Shown: piece after piece, positions 20,193-29,893 of the stretch | How the letters are laid out: every line of letters begins with the position of its first letter | Position numbering within the stretch: the stretch's first letter is position 1 | Assembly (NCBI GenBank): GCA_963707505.1 | Contig: CAVPQB010000002.1 | Span: 1 to 64,000, forward strand | DNA from: an uncultured Gemmatimonadales bacterium | GTDB lineage: Bacteria; Gemmatimonadota; Gemmatimonadetes; Gemmatimonadales; Gemmatimonadaceae | Length of the DNA stretch: 64,000 nucleotides | Direction: 5' to 3' | The notes under the pieces: model-generated | Seen by the model: the letters and a program-made list of their open reading frames with translations, nothing else | Databases searched by the model: none | Told to the model about the DNA's origin: nothing | Program-made: the position numbers and the translations under genes

Positions 20193-22162
20193 GGCTTCCC
20201 GCTCCACGTGCCACTCCACGGTACGGCCGCATTTCCCGCGCGCGGCGCACCCAGCAATGCACGTCGCGCACGCACGAGCGCTGGCGTCATGTCCTTGCCG
20301 GCGCGGAACGCATCGACAGCATCACCGAGCGCTGCAGCGAAGACGGGATTGACGGATACTGCACCTGCGCGCAGGCGGATGAGCGCATCTACGAAGTGAT
20401 TCGGATCGGTGGTCGCAGTTCCCAGCGCCGCGTCGAGTGAGCGATCCAGCCGTACCAATGCAGTATCGGCGCGCCCGCGTTGACCCACGACTACATTGGC
20501 TGCGCCCTTGTCCTTTCCCGTGAGCCGAACCTTCTCGACGTTTACGACGATGCGCGGCGCGCGGCCGCGGAGATACAGGCGATTCGCCAGACGCGCGCGA
20601 TCGAGTGCGTGGAGCGCGCGCGTCATGAACGGAAGCGCCGCATCGATCTCGCCGACGTTGAGAGAGCGTTCAGCGTCCCACATGGCGTCGTACGCCTGCT
20701 TGAGATCGTGATTCAGCACGAGCCGCGGGTCGAGCTCTTCATCGTCGCCTTCGACGCCAAGATCGCCGCCCGCTTCATCCTGCTCGTACAGGATATTGTA
20801 AACCTTCTTGCGCAGGTCAGCCTGGTCGAGACCAATACGGCCGGACGACGCGACGAACTCCTTCGTGTCGAGCGACGGACGCTTCTTGAGCAGCGACTCC
20901 GCAGACACGATGAGCATTCGCTCGGTGAGCAGCGAGCGCTCGACCGGCGGCGGTGGCGCTGCATCTACTGCGAGAGAATCGTATTCGTCGGCGCGTGCGA
21001 CCCGGAACGTACGCGTGTCGGATGTGGCATTACCCGGTCCGGTCAGCGTGTTGCCGTCGGATATGATGGCTCTGACCGAGAGAATCGCGCCCTCGGTGAG
21101 GCCCAGCTGTGGTAACGCCAGTGTCCCACGCAGATCGCTCGCCTTTGCACCTTCGAGCCGGGACGCTCCAAACGTGCCGGTACGGGACTTGAATACCTCA
21201 CCCGAGCCAGTTGTCACCGTGTATTCCAGGTGCCCGTCTGCCAGTCCGATGTCGTCTGTAGCGTGTGCGACAAAGGAAATCGCTCCGGTCGGGACATGCC
21301 TCCACACTGTATCGCGACTGGGCTGGGTCATTGTTACAATGGGCGCCTGGTCCGCGATCGGTATGAGCGCAATTATGCGATCGTAGTTGCGATCCGTGAA
21401 CGAAATGGTGGTGGCTGACGCTGGCATGGTAAAGCTGACCCGCCAGTTTTCTCGACCGGCAACGTGAATATCTCGGTCGGCCAGCTTCGCATCGATTCCA
21501 TCCGGCTTTCCAGTACCTCGCACAGTCACGCTGCTTCCGACGAGCGCGGTCACACCGGACGGATCCTTGATCGTCTGCACTGTTGCGCCTGCATAAGCCG
21601 GCGCCGTTACCCGAACGGAGAGATCAAGAAGCCTGTTCCCTATCGGAGCATTCACGCCGACATGGGCGACGCCGTCGCTAGCAGCAGTGTTCGCGCGGCT
21701 GGACGCCAGCGTCAGCGCCGCCGCGAACGCACCGGCCATCACCGATAATGCGACGCCGGAATAGATCACCGGAGTGAGCACAGCCGGACGAACGAATATG
21801 TCGATGTTGGAGCGCTCGATCTCCGCCTCGAGCAGACTCTTGTCGACCGTCACCTGCGGATCGCTTGCTGTGATCAATGCGTACTGCAACGACGGAGCAC
21901 GCTCCTCCATCCAGAGCGCTACCCGCCGAGCAGATAGGATGAAGCGTGCGCGCCACAACACAACGAGCGCGGCTATCACGGCGATTGCGAGAGCGACGTT
22001 CCAGTCCCAGCCACGCGAGATGCGTCCGCGTGTCCAGTTACCGATGACGAGCTCCACGGCAAGCACGGCGCACAGGATCGCCGCTCCCCACAGAAATGCG
22101 GATATGATCGCGACGACGCGTAACTGAGACTGCACGCGTGCGACGCGTCGAGCCGCTGTCAT
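20189..22162 (-). CDS. DUF4175-like membrane protein
   Basis: Two N-terminal TMs, VTAPAY, DQAP...ATDDIGL and a helical C-terminus with AMWDAE. Confidence 0.65.
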   Translation of the reverse strand: MTAARRVARVQSQLRVVAIISAFLWGAAILCAVLAVELVIGNWTRGRISRGWDWNVALAIAVIAALVVLWRARFILSARRVALWMEERAPSLQYALITASDPQVTVDKSLLEAEIERSNIDIFVRPAVLTPVIYSGVALSVMAGAFAAALTLASSRANTAASDGVAHVGVNAPIGNRLLDLSVRVTAPAYAGATVQTIKDPSGVTALVGSSVTVRGTGKPDGIDAKLADRDIHVAGRENWRVSFTMPASATTISFTDRNYDRIIALIPIADQAPIVTMTQPSRDTVWRHVPTGAISFVAHATDDIGLADGHLEYTVTTGSGEVFKSRTGTFGASRLEGAKASDLRGTLALPQLGLTEGAILSVRAIISDGNTLTGPGNATSDTRTFRVARADEYDSLAVDAAPPPPVERSLLTERMLIVSAESLLKKRPSLDTKEFVASSGRIGLDQADLRKKVYNILYEQDEAGGDLGVEGDDEELDPRLVLNHDLKQAYDAMWDAERSLNVGEIDAALPFMTRALHALDRARLANRLYLRGRAPRIVVNVEKVRLTGKDKGAANVVVGQRGRADTALVRLDRSLDAALGTATTDPNHFVDALIRLRAGAVSVNPVFAAALGDAVDAFRAGKDMTPALVRARRALLGAPRAGNAAVPWSGTWSGKP

Positions 22163-23310
22163 TGCTCGCTCTCCTCATTTCGGGAGCGACGCAGAATCAT
22201 GTCGATGATAGCCAACGCGATTGCAAGTGCAGCGAGCCAGCGAGCGAGCGGTGAAGCGACATCCATGGACGGCGGAAATTGCGCGGCAGCCGCGAGACGT
22301 CCGGTAGCCGCCAGCATCGTGGCCGCTTCCGGGTCTGGTGCAGATACCACTTGAATACATGGCCTCGCCAGCGCTGCGCGAAAACCGGCGAAGCTGGGAC
22401 GCAAAAGCATGTCCCCAGAGCTATCTACCGGCACCGCAATTGAGCGCGTACAGGTGGATGCACTGTCCCACTCGATCGCGGCTGGCTCCCCATCGACCCA
22501 TCTGGCAATCACATGCGAGTGAGCCAGAGAGTCGGACACAAAACGCCAGCGCCGTTCAAATGGCGCGACTACGACGTGCCCGTCCGCAACGACCGCACCG
22601 ACAGTGTCGATGCGATTCCGCGGTACGGCGAAACGCGGACGTGATTCCGACAGAAAACTCACTTGCTCTGTCCGTGCCATACGATTTCCAGTCGCCGATG
22701 TCGCCGCCACTCTGACCAATCGCCCGCGGCCGGGCCACTGCGCCCGGATCGCTCCGGTCGCGCGATCGCGCTCGGCCATGGTCGCTGGTGACACGACAAC
22801 CAGCTCCACCGAATCCGCGCCGTCACGCACCCGAGAGCCGGCACGCAATGCGCCGATAAGCCCGGCAGACAGTGATCCATTACTCGCGACGCCTGCGCGT
22901 GCGCCGATCGAATCCGGCGTTTCAGCCAGCCACGCTGCGGTATCGAACAACACAACCGCATCGCCCGGCCGAAATAGAGCGCGTACACTGTCGCGAGTCT
23001 CGGCGACATTCTCCACCGAGCCCGACACATCCGCCGCGATGACCCGTACCACGCGCTCGCGCTGCGGCGGAAAGATCGGCCGAGCCAGTGCGGCTCCGGC
23101 GAGAAGTATCGTGAGAACGCGTACCGCAAGTAGTAGCAGGTCCGAGAGCTGAAGCGATCTCGCACGTGCAGCGACCGGTACGTCCGGGACGAAACGCGCG
23201 GTCGGAAACGCAACTGCGCGTGGCCGCCGCGTGACGATGAAATGCAGCGCGACCACACCCAGCGCAGCACCTACGGCAGCAATCAGAAAGCCGGGGGCCA
23301 GAAAGCTCAC
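22159..23310 (-). CDS. BatA-domain protein with degenerate vWA
   Basis: MSFLAPGFL...ALHF...FPTARF...LLLLAVR...ALARP, then DVSGS. Confidence 0.85.
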   Translation of the reverse strand: MSFLAPGFLIAAVGAALGVVALHFIVTRRPRAVAFPTARFVPDVPVAARARSLQLSDLLLLAVRVLTILLAGAALARPIFPPQRERVVRVIAADVSGSVENVAETRDSVRALFRPGDAVVLFDTAAWLAETPDSIGARAGVASNGSLSAGLIGALRAGSRVRDGADSVELVVVSPATMAERDRATGAIRAQWPGRGRLVRVAATSATGNRMARTEQVSFLSESRPRFAVPRNRIDTVGAVVADGHVVVAPFERRWRFVSDSLAHSHVIARWVDGEPAAIEWDSASTCTRSIAVPVDSSGDMLLRPSFAGFRAALARPCIQVVSAPDPEAATMLAATGRLAAAAQFPPSMDVASPLARWLAALAIALAIIDMILRRSRNEESEQ

Positions 23311-23328
23311 TGCGCTGTCACCAATCCG

Positions 23329-24198
23329 TTATCCAGCCCGCGACGCGGCCGGCTCGTCGCGCACGACGCGCCGCACGGAATGGCTCACAGGCTCCTTTCC
23401 GACAACAATCGTGCGATAGGCCGCTCCACTTCCGAGCCACCGCGTCGCCGTCGCCTCTCTCCACTCCGCGTACGAGCGCAGGTATTCGTCACGCACCGAG
23501 TCCGCCATGTAGCGACGCACGTCGCTGCTCTCGGGATCGGTCACCAACGATACGGCGCGAGGAGGATCGAGCTCTTCAGCGGCGATGATATGCAGCGCAT
23601 GCACGTCGCGGCCAGCGGCGATCAGCTCGCGCGCAATCCTTGACGTGTCATCGAGATCACCCAGGAAATCACTTACGATCGCTATTCTCGACGCAGATCG
23701 CGCGGCGGCTGTCAGCGCAACAGCCAGCGGGCTGCTTCCAGCGACCGGTGCGTCTCCCACCTTCTGGATCACTTCAGCGACGATTCCGCGTCGCGTTCGC
23801 GGTGGAATCGTCGCGCGCGGGTTGCCCGCAACCATGAGTCCAACCGGATCGCCGCCCGAGTGCGCGACAGAAGCGAGCGCGACGGCCATCTGCTGCGCGA
23901 GAGACCATTTGGACCCCGCGCCATCCGGAAACGCCATGGATGCGCTCGCATCCAGCACGAGATAGGTCGGCGTCACGGCCCGCTCCTCCGAGATCCGTAC
24001 GTGCGCACGATCGCTCCGGGCGAACAACTTCCAGTCGATGCGTCTGAGATCGTCGCCCTGCCGGTATGCACGGTATTCCGTGAATTCGGCGGACGTTCCG
24101 CGCACACGCGAAGGATGAATACCAGGCACCGGTATGCGCGACACGCGGCGCGCACGCCATCTCAATCCGCGTACCGCGTCGAGAAGCGCACCGTACAT
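23329..24198 (-). CDS. DUF58 (vWA-containing) protein
   Basis: EFTEYRAYRQGDDLRRIDWKLFARSDR, LDASASM and IVSDF. A +1 frame would end at GTGA 23307-23310, coupled to batA. Confidence 0.9.
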   Translation of the reverse strand: MYGALLDAVRGLRWRARRVSRIPVPGIHPSRVRGTSAEFTEYRAYRQGDDLRRIDWKLFARSDRAHVRISEERAVTPTYLVLDASASMAFPDGAGSKWSLAQQMAVALASVAHSGGDPVGLMVAGNPRATIPPRTRRGIVAEVIQKVGDAPVAGSSPLAVALTAAARSASRIAIVSDFLGDLDDTSRIARELIAAGRDVHALHIIAAEELDPPRAVSLVTDPESSDVRRYMADSVRDEYLRSYAEWREATATRWLGSGAAYRTIVVGKEPVSHSVRRVVRDEPAASRAG

Positions 24199-24239
24199 CA
24201 ACCTGTCCCGGCCCTCATCGTGCGGCGCGCGCCGCATCA

Positions 24240-25274
24240 TCACACTCTGATATCGCTCTTCGGCATCGGCACACGCTCAAGCAGATCATCCACTATCCGT
24301 TCTGCCGAAAGTCCCTCTGCTTCGGCGGCGAAGTTGAGGAGGACGCGATGACGAAGCACGGGATGAGCTACACGCTTTATGTCCGCCGGCGTGACGGCAT
24401 TACGGCCAGCAAGCAGTGCATGCGCCTTTGCGCCGAGCACAAGTGCCTGCCCTGCGCGCGGACCGGCGCCCCAACGCACAAATTGCCTGACCGTGGGGAT
24501 TGCGTTGCTTTCATCGGGACGAGTCGCGCGGACGAGTCGCGCAGCGTATTGCAGAACCACATCCGCAACAGGCACGTCGCGTACCATATGTTGCAGAGCA
24601 ATCGTCTGCGCTGCGTCGATCACCGCGTCGAGCGGCGCGTATTCGCGGCCGGTGGTATTGCGCAGGATCGCGACCTCGGCGTCCTCATCAGGATACGATA
24701 CGCGGATGTCGAACAGAAAACGATCCAGCTGCGCTTCGGGAAGCGGGTACGTCCCTTCCTGCTCGATCGGATTTTGCGTGGCAAGCACGAAGAACGGAGC
24801 AGGCAGTGGCATCGTCTCGCCCGCAACCGTGACGCTGTGCTCCTGCATCGCTTCCAGCAACGCAGCCTGCGTGCGCGGTGGCGCGCGATTGATCTCATCC
24901 GCCAGTACGATGTTCGCGAAGATCGGTCCCTGCACGAAACGGAAGAGACGCGAATGCGATGTTGCATCCTCTTCCATCACCTCCGTCCCGGTGATGTCCG
25001 ATGGCACGAGATCGGGTGTGAACTGAATGCGGCGAAATCCCAGTCGCATCGCCTCGGACACCGACCTGATCATCAGCGTCTTCGCGAGGCCAGGCACTCC
25101 CACCAGCAGAGCATGGCCGCCCGCGAGCAATGCCATGAGAATCTCGTCCAGCACTTTTTCCTGACCGACGATCCGTCCGGCAACTTCAGCGCGCAGACGC
25201 GCGGCGACCTCTAGCAGCTCGGCGCGTTCATGCGGAATTACCGGCCCGCGCGCCGCAATCGTTGGTGCAGTCAT
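24240..25274 (-). CDS. moxR: MoxR-family AAA+ ATPase
   Basis: GVPGLAKT, RIQFTPDLVPSDITG, LADEINR and ATQNPIEQEGTYPLPEAQLDRF. Confidence 0.95.
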   Translation of the reverse strand: MTAPTIAARGPVIPHERAELLEVAARLRAEVAGRIVGQEKVLDEILMALLAGGHALLVGVPGLAKTLMIRSVSEAMRLGFRRIQFTPDLVPSDITGTEVMEEDATSHSRLFRFVQGPIFANIVLADEINRAPPRTQAALLEAMQEHSVTVAGETMPLPAPFFVLATQNPIEQEGTYPLPEAQLDRFLFDIRVSYPDEDAEVAILRNTTGREYAPLDAVIDAAQTIALQHMVRDVPVADVVLQYAARLVRATRPDESNAIPTVRQFVRWGAGPRAGQALVLGAKAHALLAGRNAVTPADIKRVAHPVLRHRVLLNFAAEAEGLSAERIVDDLLERVPMPKSDIRV

Positions 25275-25380
25275 TGAGTTCAATACGATGGGATTCGACT
25301 GGTCGTTGAGCAGATCGAGCGGCAGATCGAGCGACGGATCAAGCGGCGGTACGAGCATTCACGCAACGCGTCGACGCCGA

Positions 25381-25848
25381 TCACATGATTACGGGGAGTC
25401 GCAGCCTCTCATTGCGCGAGTACACCGGAATTATCCAGAATGCTTCGCCGTCAAACCAGAATATTGCCAGCTGCTCATACCTGTACGCGATGTCGATCGC
25501 CGATCTCTCGTCGAGTGCGATCGCGATACTCCGCTCACAGTGCGATCCGTCAGGACTGCACGCATCCACGCACACTCGGGTAACACCCAGCCCCGCGACC
25601 TCCTGCTGTAAGCTAGCCGCGAGCGCATCATTCTCGGCGGGCAATTGCCTCACACCCAGCGGATCCTGAGCTGTAATAATCCCGAACGATCGTTCGAGTC
25701 CAATTTGACGGAGAACCGATCGCGCACGCCCACTGACGGATTTCCGCAGATCGATCGTTATCTCGGGCGTCGATCGAAACTGGAGCACGGTCTCCGGAAA
25801 GCTGCCCCATCCATGCGCTGCGTCAGGCGACAACGGCTGGAGACTCAC
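25381..25848 (-). CDS. DUF3293-like protein
   Basis: FGIITAQDP...N..L...ERSIAI...YEQLAIFW. The GTG start overlaps the kinase 3' end. Confidence 0.7.
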   Translation of the reverse strand: MSLQPLSPDAAHGWGSFPETVLQFRSTPEITIDLRKSVSGRARSVLRQIGLERSFGIITAQDPLGVRQLPAENDALAASLQQEVAGLGVTRVCVDACSPDGSHCERSIAIALDERSAIDIAYRYEQLAIFWFDGEAFWIIPVYSRNERLRLPVIM

Positions 25849-27481
25849 CGCTCGTGGATGGGGGAGGCAGCTCGAGCGGCAGCGAAACGATGAACGCACT
25901 GCCCTGGCCTACCTGGCTCGTTACTATCACGTCCCCACCCAGCAGCCGCGCAAGCCGGCGGGTCACACTGAGGCCCAGTCCAGTCCCGCCGACGCGACGA
26001 GTACTGGGCTGCTCCACCTGCCAGAATGCGTCGAATATCTGATCGCGGTGCTCGTCCGCAATGCCGATCCCGGTATCGCGGACGACGTAGCGAACGATCG
26101 CTCCGTCGTGCTGAACGATCAGGGTGACCCTGCCAGATGGCGTAAATTTTACAGCGTTGGAGAGCAGGTTCACGAGAATCTGCCTGACCTTCCCGCTGTC
26201 GGTGCACATCGCGAGCGGATATCCGATCGGGACAACTTCCAGCGGAAGCCCTCTCTCGCGCGCGAGCGGCTCGACCAGTGTCGCGGCGTCCTGTGCGACT
26301 TCATTGGCGTCGATGTCCTCAGCCTGGACGATTTCCCTCCCAGCGTCCACGCGCGAATACGAGAGGATCTGGTCAATGAGATGTAGCAGATGCTGAGCGC
26401 TTGCCTTCATCCTGCCGAGCTGGTGCTTCTGCGCGTCGTTGACGGGCCCGGTGATACCGTCCGCGAGGAGTTCCTCGTAACCTATGATCGCCGAAAGCGG
26501 CGTGCGGAGCTCGTGCGACATCACTGCGAGAAAGTTGCTCTTCGCCGTGTTGGCACCCTCGGCGGCCTCTCGCGCTCGCTGCTCGCCGGCGAGCAGCTCC
26601 TCGCGAACGCGGTCACTTTCGTACGCCATGTGGGCCGACCAGTTCACGAGCCAGAGGAAGATCGCAACCGTCGCGACTACATATAGCGAAACGCCGAACG
26701 GTGTGTCGTACCAGCCGCTCTTCTCTCCCACGAGACGCAGCCAGCCCAGCAGAAATGGAACAGTTACAGCCGCCGGCACGAGACGGCGGGCGACCGTTCC
26801 CGCCGCGCCAGGATCGACCAGCAGCCTGGGAATACCGCTCGAGCGCCGAGCGAATACGATCCCGATTCCCAGCACGAACAGACAGGCAGCGGTGGAGACT
26901 GCCATTCCGGAATAATGCCCCACGGAATACAGCCCGCTCACGCCAAATGCGTAACCAACGAGTCCGAGGAAGCCGACCGTGCCACCGATCAGGCCTACCC
27001 AGTGCGAGGATGCACGCCCGGTACGATCATCGAGATGAAGCGATATGACGCCGGCGGCGATAATGAAGACGCCAACCAGCGTATTGAGTGCCATACGACC
27101 TGGAGGGCTCCATGGTCCATGGACCAGCTGTTCACGGAACATCAGCAGATCCAGGCCCAAGTCGCGGCCCGCGAGCCACGATACGAACTCGATGGCCGCG
27201 ATCAGCACCACGATGCAGGCCAGGACGATGGACGCAACGCGCAGCGCGAACGGTCGTTCCTTTGTTGCCGCGAACGCCAGCGAGATGGCGGCGCACGACA
27301 AGGCGACGCAGCTCAATGGCAGCATCGCGATTCCGCCGGGATAGAATCCGGTCATCGGATCCATCCCCACATACCACTCGATCAGGGTACCGATCGCCAC
27401 AAGTGTGACGAGAACGGCCGCCGCGAGAGGAACTTGCTCGAAGAACCGAATTACGCGGGCCTGGCCGCTCGACTGACTCAT
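25823..27481 (-). CDS. Multi-TM sensor histidine kinase (HisKA-HATPase)
   Basis: MSHELRTPL, NLLSNAVKFT, DTGIGI and GTGLGL, with a hydrophobic N-terminal half. Confidence 0.95.
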   Translation of the reverse strand: MSQSSGQARVIRFFEQVPLAAAVLVTLVAIGTLIEWYVGMDPMTGFYPGGIAMLPLSCVALSCAAISLAFAATKERPFALRVASIVLACIVVLIAAIEFVSWLAGRDLGLDLLMFREQLVHGPWSPPGRMALNTLVGVFIIAAGVISLHLDDRTGRASSHWVGLIGGTVGFLGLVGYAFGVSGLYSVGHYSGMAVSTAACLFVLGIGIVFARRSSGIPRLLVDPGAAGTVARRLVPAAVTVPFLLGWLRLVGEKSGWYDTPFGVSLYVVATVAIFLWLVNWSAHMAYESDRVREELLAGEQRAREAAEGANTAKSNFLAVMSHELRTPLSAIIGYEELLADGITGPVNDAQKHQLGRMKASAQHLLHLIDQILSYSRVDAGREIVQAEDIDANEVAQDAATLVEPLARERGLPLEVVPIGYPLAMCTDSGKVRQILVNLLSNAVKFTPSGRVTLIVQHDGAIVRYVVRDTGIGIADEHRDQIFDAFWQVEQPSTRRVGGTGLGLSVTRRLARLLGGDVIVTSQVGQGSAFIVSLPLELPPPSTSGESPAVVA

Positions 27482-27654
27482 TCGGGGTGCGGGTACACGG
27501 AGGATGGAAAGCTGCCTTTTATGTTCCCGGTGTGCAACTGTAGACGGCGCCCTTTACGCCACGGTTATCATACGTAGATGCTCCACCACACTGTCCGGGG
27601 CCGCCCTCAAGCTCCCGGCGAAGTGCAGCACCGCTCCTCGTTCCTGGCTGAATC

Positions 27655-28965
27655 ATGCTGAAAGGACCGGATTCGACCCTGCGGAACTCGATCTGCGCGA
27701 AGCTCACGGCGGCGCGCGAGCGTACGCTGCTTCTGGTGGCCTCTCTTACGGATGAGGACCTCCGCGTCCAGCACGACCCCCTGATGAGCCCCATCCTCTG
27801 GGACCTGGGGCACATTGCTCATTTCGAGGAGCTGTGGCTGACGCGCAATCTGTCAGGGAAGATAGAGTTTTCCGAGATGCCGGGGATGTACAATCCATTC
27901 GAGTATCCGCGCGCAACGCGCGCGGCGCTGCCGCTGCCGTCGCTCCATGCACTGATACGTACAGCGGCGGAGATTCGCGCCGACACGCTGTCGGCGCTCC
28001 AATCCGCCGACCTGCAATCGACCCATCCGCTGTTGGCCGGCGGTTTCGTGTACAACATGGTGCTGCAGCACGAATACCAGCACAACGAGACGATTCTGCA
28101 GACACTGCAGCTCAAGAGCGGCGAGCCCTACCGTGCACCGCGCGCGATCACCGCACCGCCGAGTGGCAGCGATGCCTTCGACAGGATGGTGCATGTCAAC
28201 GCTGGCGCGTATCTGATCGGCACCGACGATCGCACTGCCGCGTACGACAACGAGCGTCCGCAACACTGGGTCAAGGTCGACACGTTCGAGATCGATGCCG
28301 CCCCCGTGACCAACGCCGCGTACGAGCAATTCATCATGGACGGTGGGTACCAGCGGCCCGAGTTCTGGTCTGACGACGGTCGTGCATGGTTGGCCGATTC
28401 CGGCGCTCTCGCACCCAAACACTGGGTCGCGTCGACCGACGGCTGGACGACCCGAACGATGGACGTGGTCGCACCGATCGCGTCGGATCATCCCGTGTGT
28501 CACGTGTGCTACCATGAAGCAGCTGCATACGCACGCTGGGCGGGCAAGCGACTACCCACCGAACAGGAATGGGAGATTGCGGCATCATGGAATCCCGGAA
28601 CCGCGAGCAGCCAGCGATTCCCCTGGGGCGCCGCGGACCCAACAGCACTGCACGCGAACGTCGATCAGCTCTTTTTTGGAACTACACCAGTCGGTGCATT
28701 CGAGCAGAACGTATCTCCGCTCGGGTGCTACGGAATGATCGGAGACGTATGGGAGTGGACCTCGAGCGATTTTACCGGCTATCCCGGTTTCGTTGCGTAT
28801 CCATATCCCGAATATTCCGAGACGTTCTTTGGAACGGAGTACAAGGTGCTGCGCGGCGGCTCATGGGCAACTCGCCCGGGTGCGATACGCAACACATTTC
28901 GTAACTGGGATTATCCCATTCGCCGCCAGATCTTCAGTGGCTTTCGTTGCGCGCGTGACGTTTGA
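27655..28965 (+). CDS. egtB: Ergothioneine sulfoxide synthase EgtB (DinB_2 + FGE-sulfatase)
   Basis: WDLGHIA, QHEYQHNET iron-binding His residues, RATR, GDVWEW and FRNWDYPIRRQIFSGFR. Confidence 0.92.
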   Translation: MLKGPDSTLRNSICAKLTAARERTLLLVASLTDEDLRVQHDPLMSPILWDLGHIAHFEELWLTRNLSGKIEFSEMPGMYNPFEYPRATRAALPLPSLHALIRTAAEIRADTLSALQSADLQSTHPLLAGGFVYNMVLQHEYQHNETILQTLQLKSGEPYRAPRAITAPPSGSDAFDRMVHVNAGAYLIGTDDRTAAYDNERPQHWVKVDTFEIDAAPVTNAAYEQFIMDGGYQRPEFWSDDGRAWLADSGALAPKHWVASTDGWTTRTMDVVAPIASDHPVCHVCYHEAAAYARWAGKRLPTEQEWEIAASWNPGTASSQRFPWGAADPTALHANVDQLFFGTTPVGAFEQNVSPLGCYGMIGDVWEWTSSDFTGYPGFVAYPYPEYSETFFGTEYKVLRGGSWATRPGAIRNTFRNWDYPIRRQIFSGFRCARDV

Positions 28966-29890
28966 TCGCGACTTGATGTTGAGCGATGTGCGCGAAGGCC
29001 TCACCGCCCAGCCGCGCCAGCTCCCATCCAAGTACTTCTACGACGAGCGCGGATCGCAGCTGTTCGATGAGATAACACGGCTACCGGAGTACTATCCGAC
29101 CAGGGCCGAGCGCGCGCTTCTGCAAGATCGTGCCGCGACGATAGTGTCGATCACGCACCCCGCGACACTGATCGAGCTCGGCGCCGGCAGCTCGGACAAG
29201 ACGCGCCTGCTTCTGGATCAGATACTGAAATCCAGGTCATCCGACGTTACGTACATCCCGGTGGACGTGAGCGCGGACTTCCTCACGACGTCCGTCGCAC
29301 AGCTGCGCGGCGAATATCCGTCGCTGATGACAAGTCCCGTGGTGGCTGATTTCTCTGCGCAATTCGGCCTTCCCACGCATCCATTGCCCGCTCTGCACGC
29401 ATTCCTTGGCAGCACCATCGGCAACTTCACTCCTGCGGCAGCGGTAGAGCTGGTGTCGAGCGTGCGCAAACGAATGCTAATCGGTGATTTCTTTCTCCTC
29501 GGCATCGATCTGCGCAAGGACCCGATTCAGATCGAGCGAGCGTACAATGACAGTCGCGGTGTCACGGCCGAGTTCAACAGGAACATCCTGAACGTCATCA
29601 ACAACGTGCTCGGCGCCAACTTCGACACATCGATGTTCGAACACAACGCCGTGTACGATACGGACAAGCACCGCATCGAGATGCGTCTCATACCCCGTGC
29701 TGAACAGATCGTATCGATCCCCGACATTGGCGATATCGTCTTTGCGCCAGGCGATGCGATTCTGACGGAGCTGAGTTACAAGTACGATCGTGCTACCGCA
29801 ACCGATCTCCTCGCAAGGAGTGGATTGCAGCTGAATGAATGGTTCACCGATGACGCAGAATCATTCGCACTCGCACTCGCCAACCGCTGA
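28955..29890 (+). CDS. egtD: L-histidine N-alpha-trimethyltransferase EgtD
   Basis: LPSKYFYDERGSQLF, EYYPTRAE, ELGAG, FLGSTIGN, AYND..GVTAEFN and TELSYKY. Confidence 0.95.
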   Translation: MTFDRDLMLSDVREGLTAQPRQLPSKYFYDERGSQLFDEITRLPEYYPTRAERALLQDRAATIVSITHPATLIELGAGSSDKTRLLLDQILKSRSSDVTYIPVDVSADFLTTSVAQLRGEYPSLMTSPVVADFSAQFGLPTHPLPALHAFLGSTIGNFTPAAAVELVSSVRKRMLIGDFFLLGIDLRKDPIQIERAYNDSRGVTAEFNRNILNVINNVLGANFDTSMFEHNAVYDTDKHRIEMRLIPRAEQIVSIPDIGDIVFAPGDAILTELSYKYDRATATDLLARSGLQLNEWFTDDAESFALALANR

Positions 29891-29893
29891 CTG

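Noticed and set aside
25683..25696. CGAACGATCGTTCG palindrome
   Set aside because: Inside a CDS and explained by Glu-Arg-Ser-Phe codons. Used only as a caveat for the other copies.
27482..27654. Possible SAM riboswitch upstream of egtB (contains TTATCA)
   Set aside because: The remaining conserved SAM-I elements and pairing could not be found.
27655..28965. Possible selenoneine (SenA) or ovothiol (OvoA) synthase
   Set aside because: No senB/selD neighbours and no C-terminal methyltransferase domain. Adjacent egtD and egtA fit ergothioneine.
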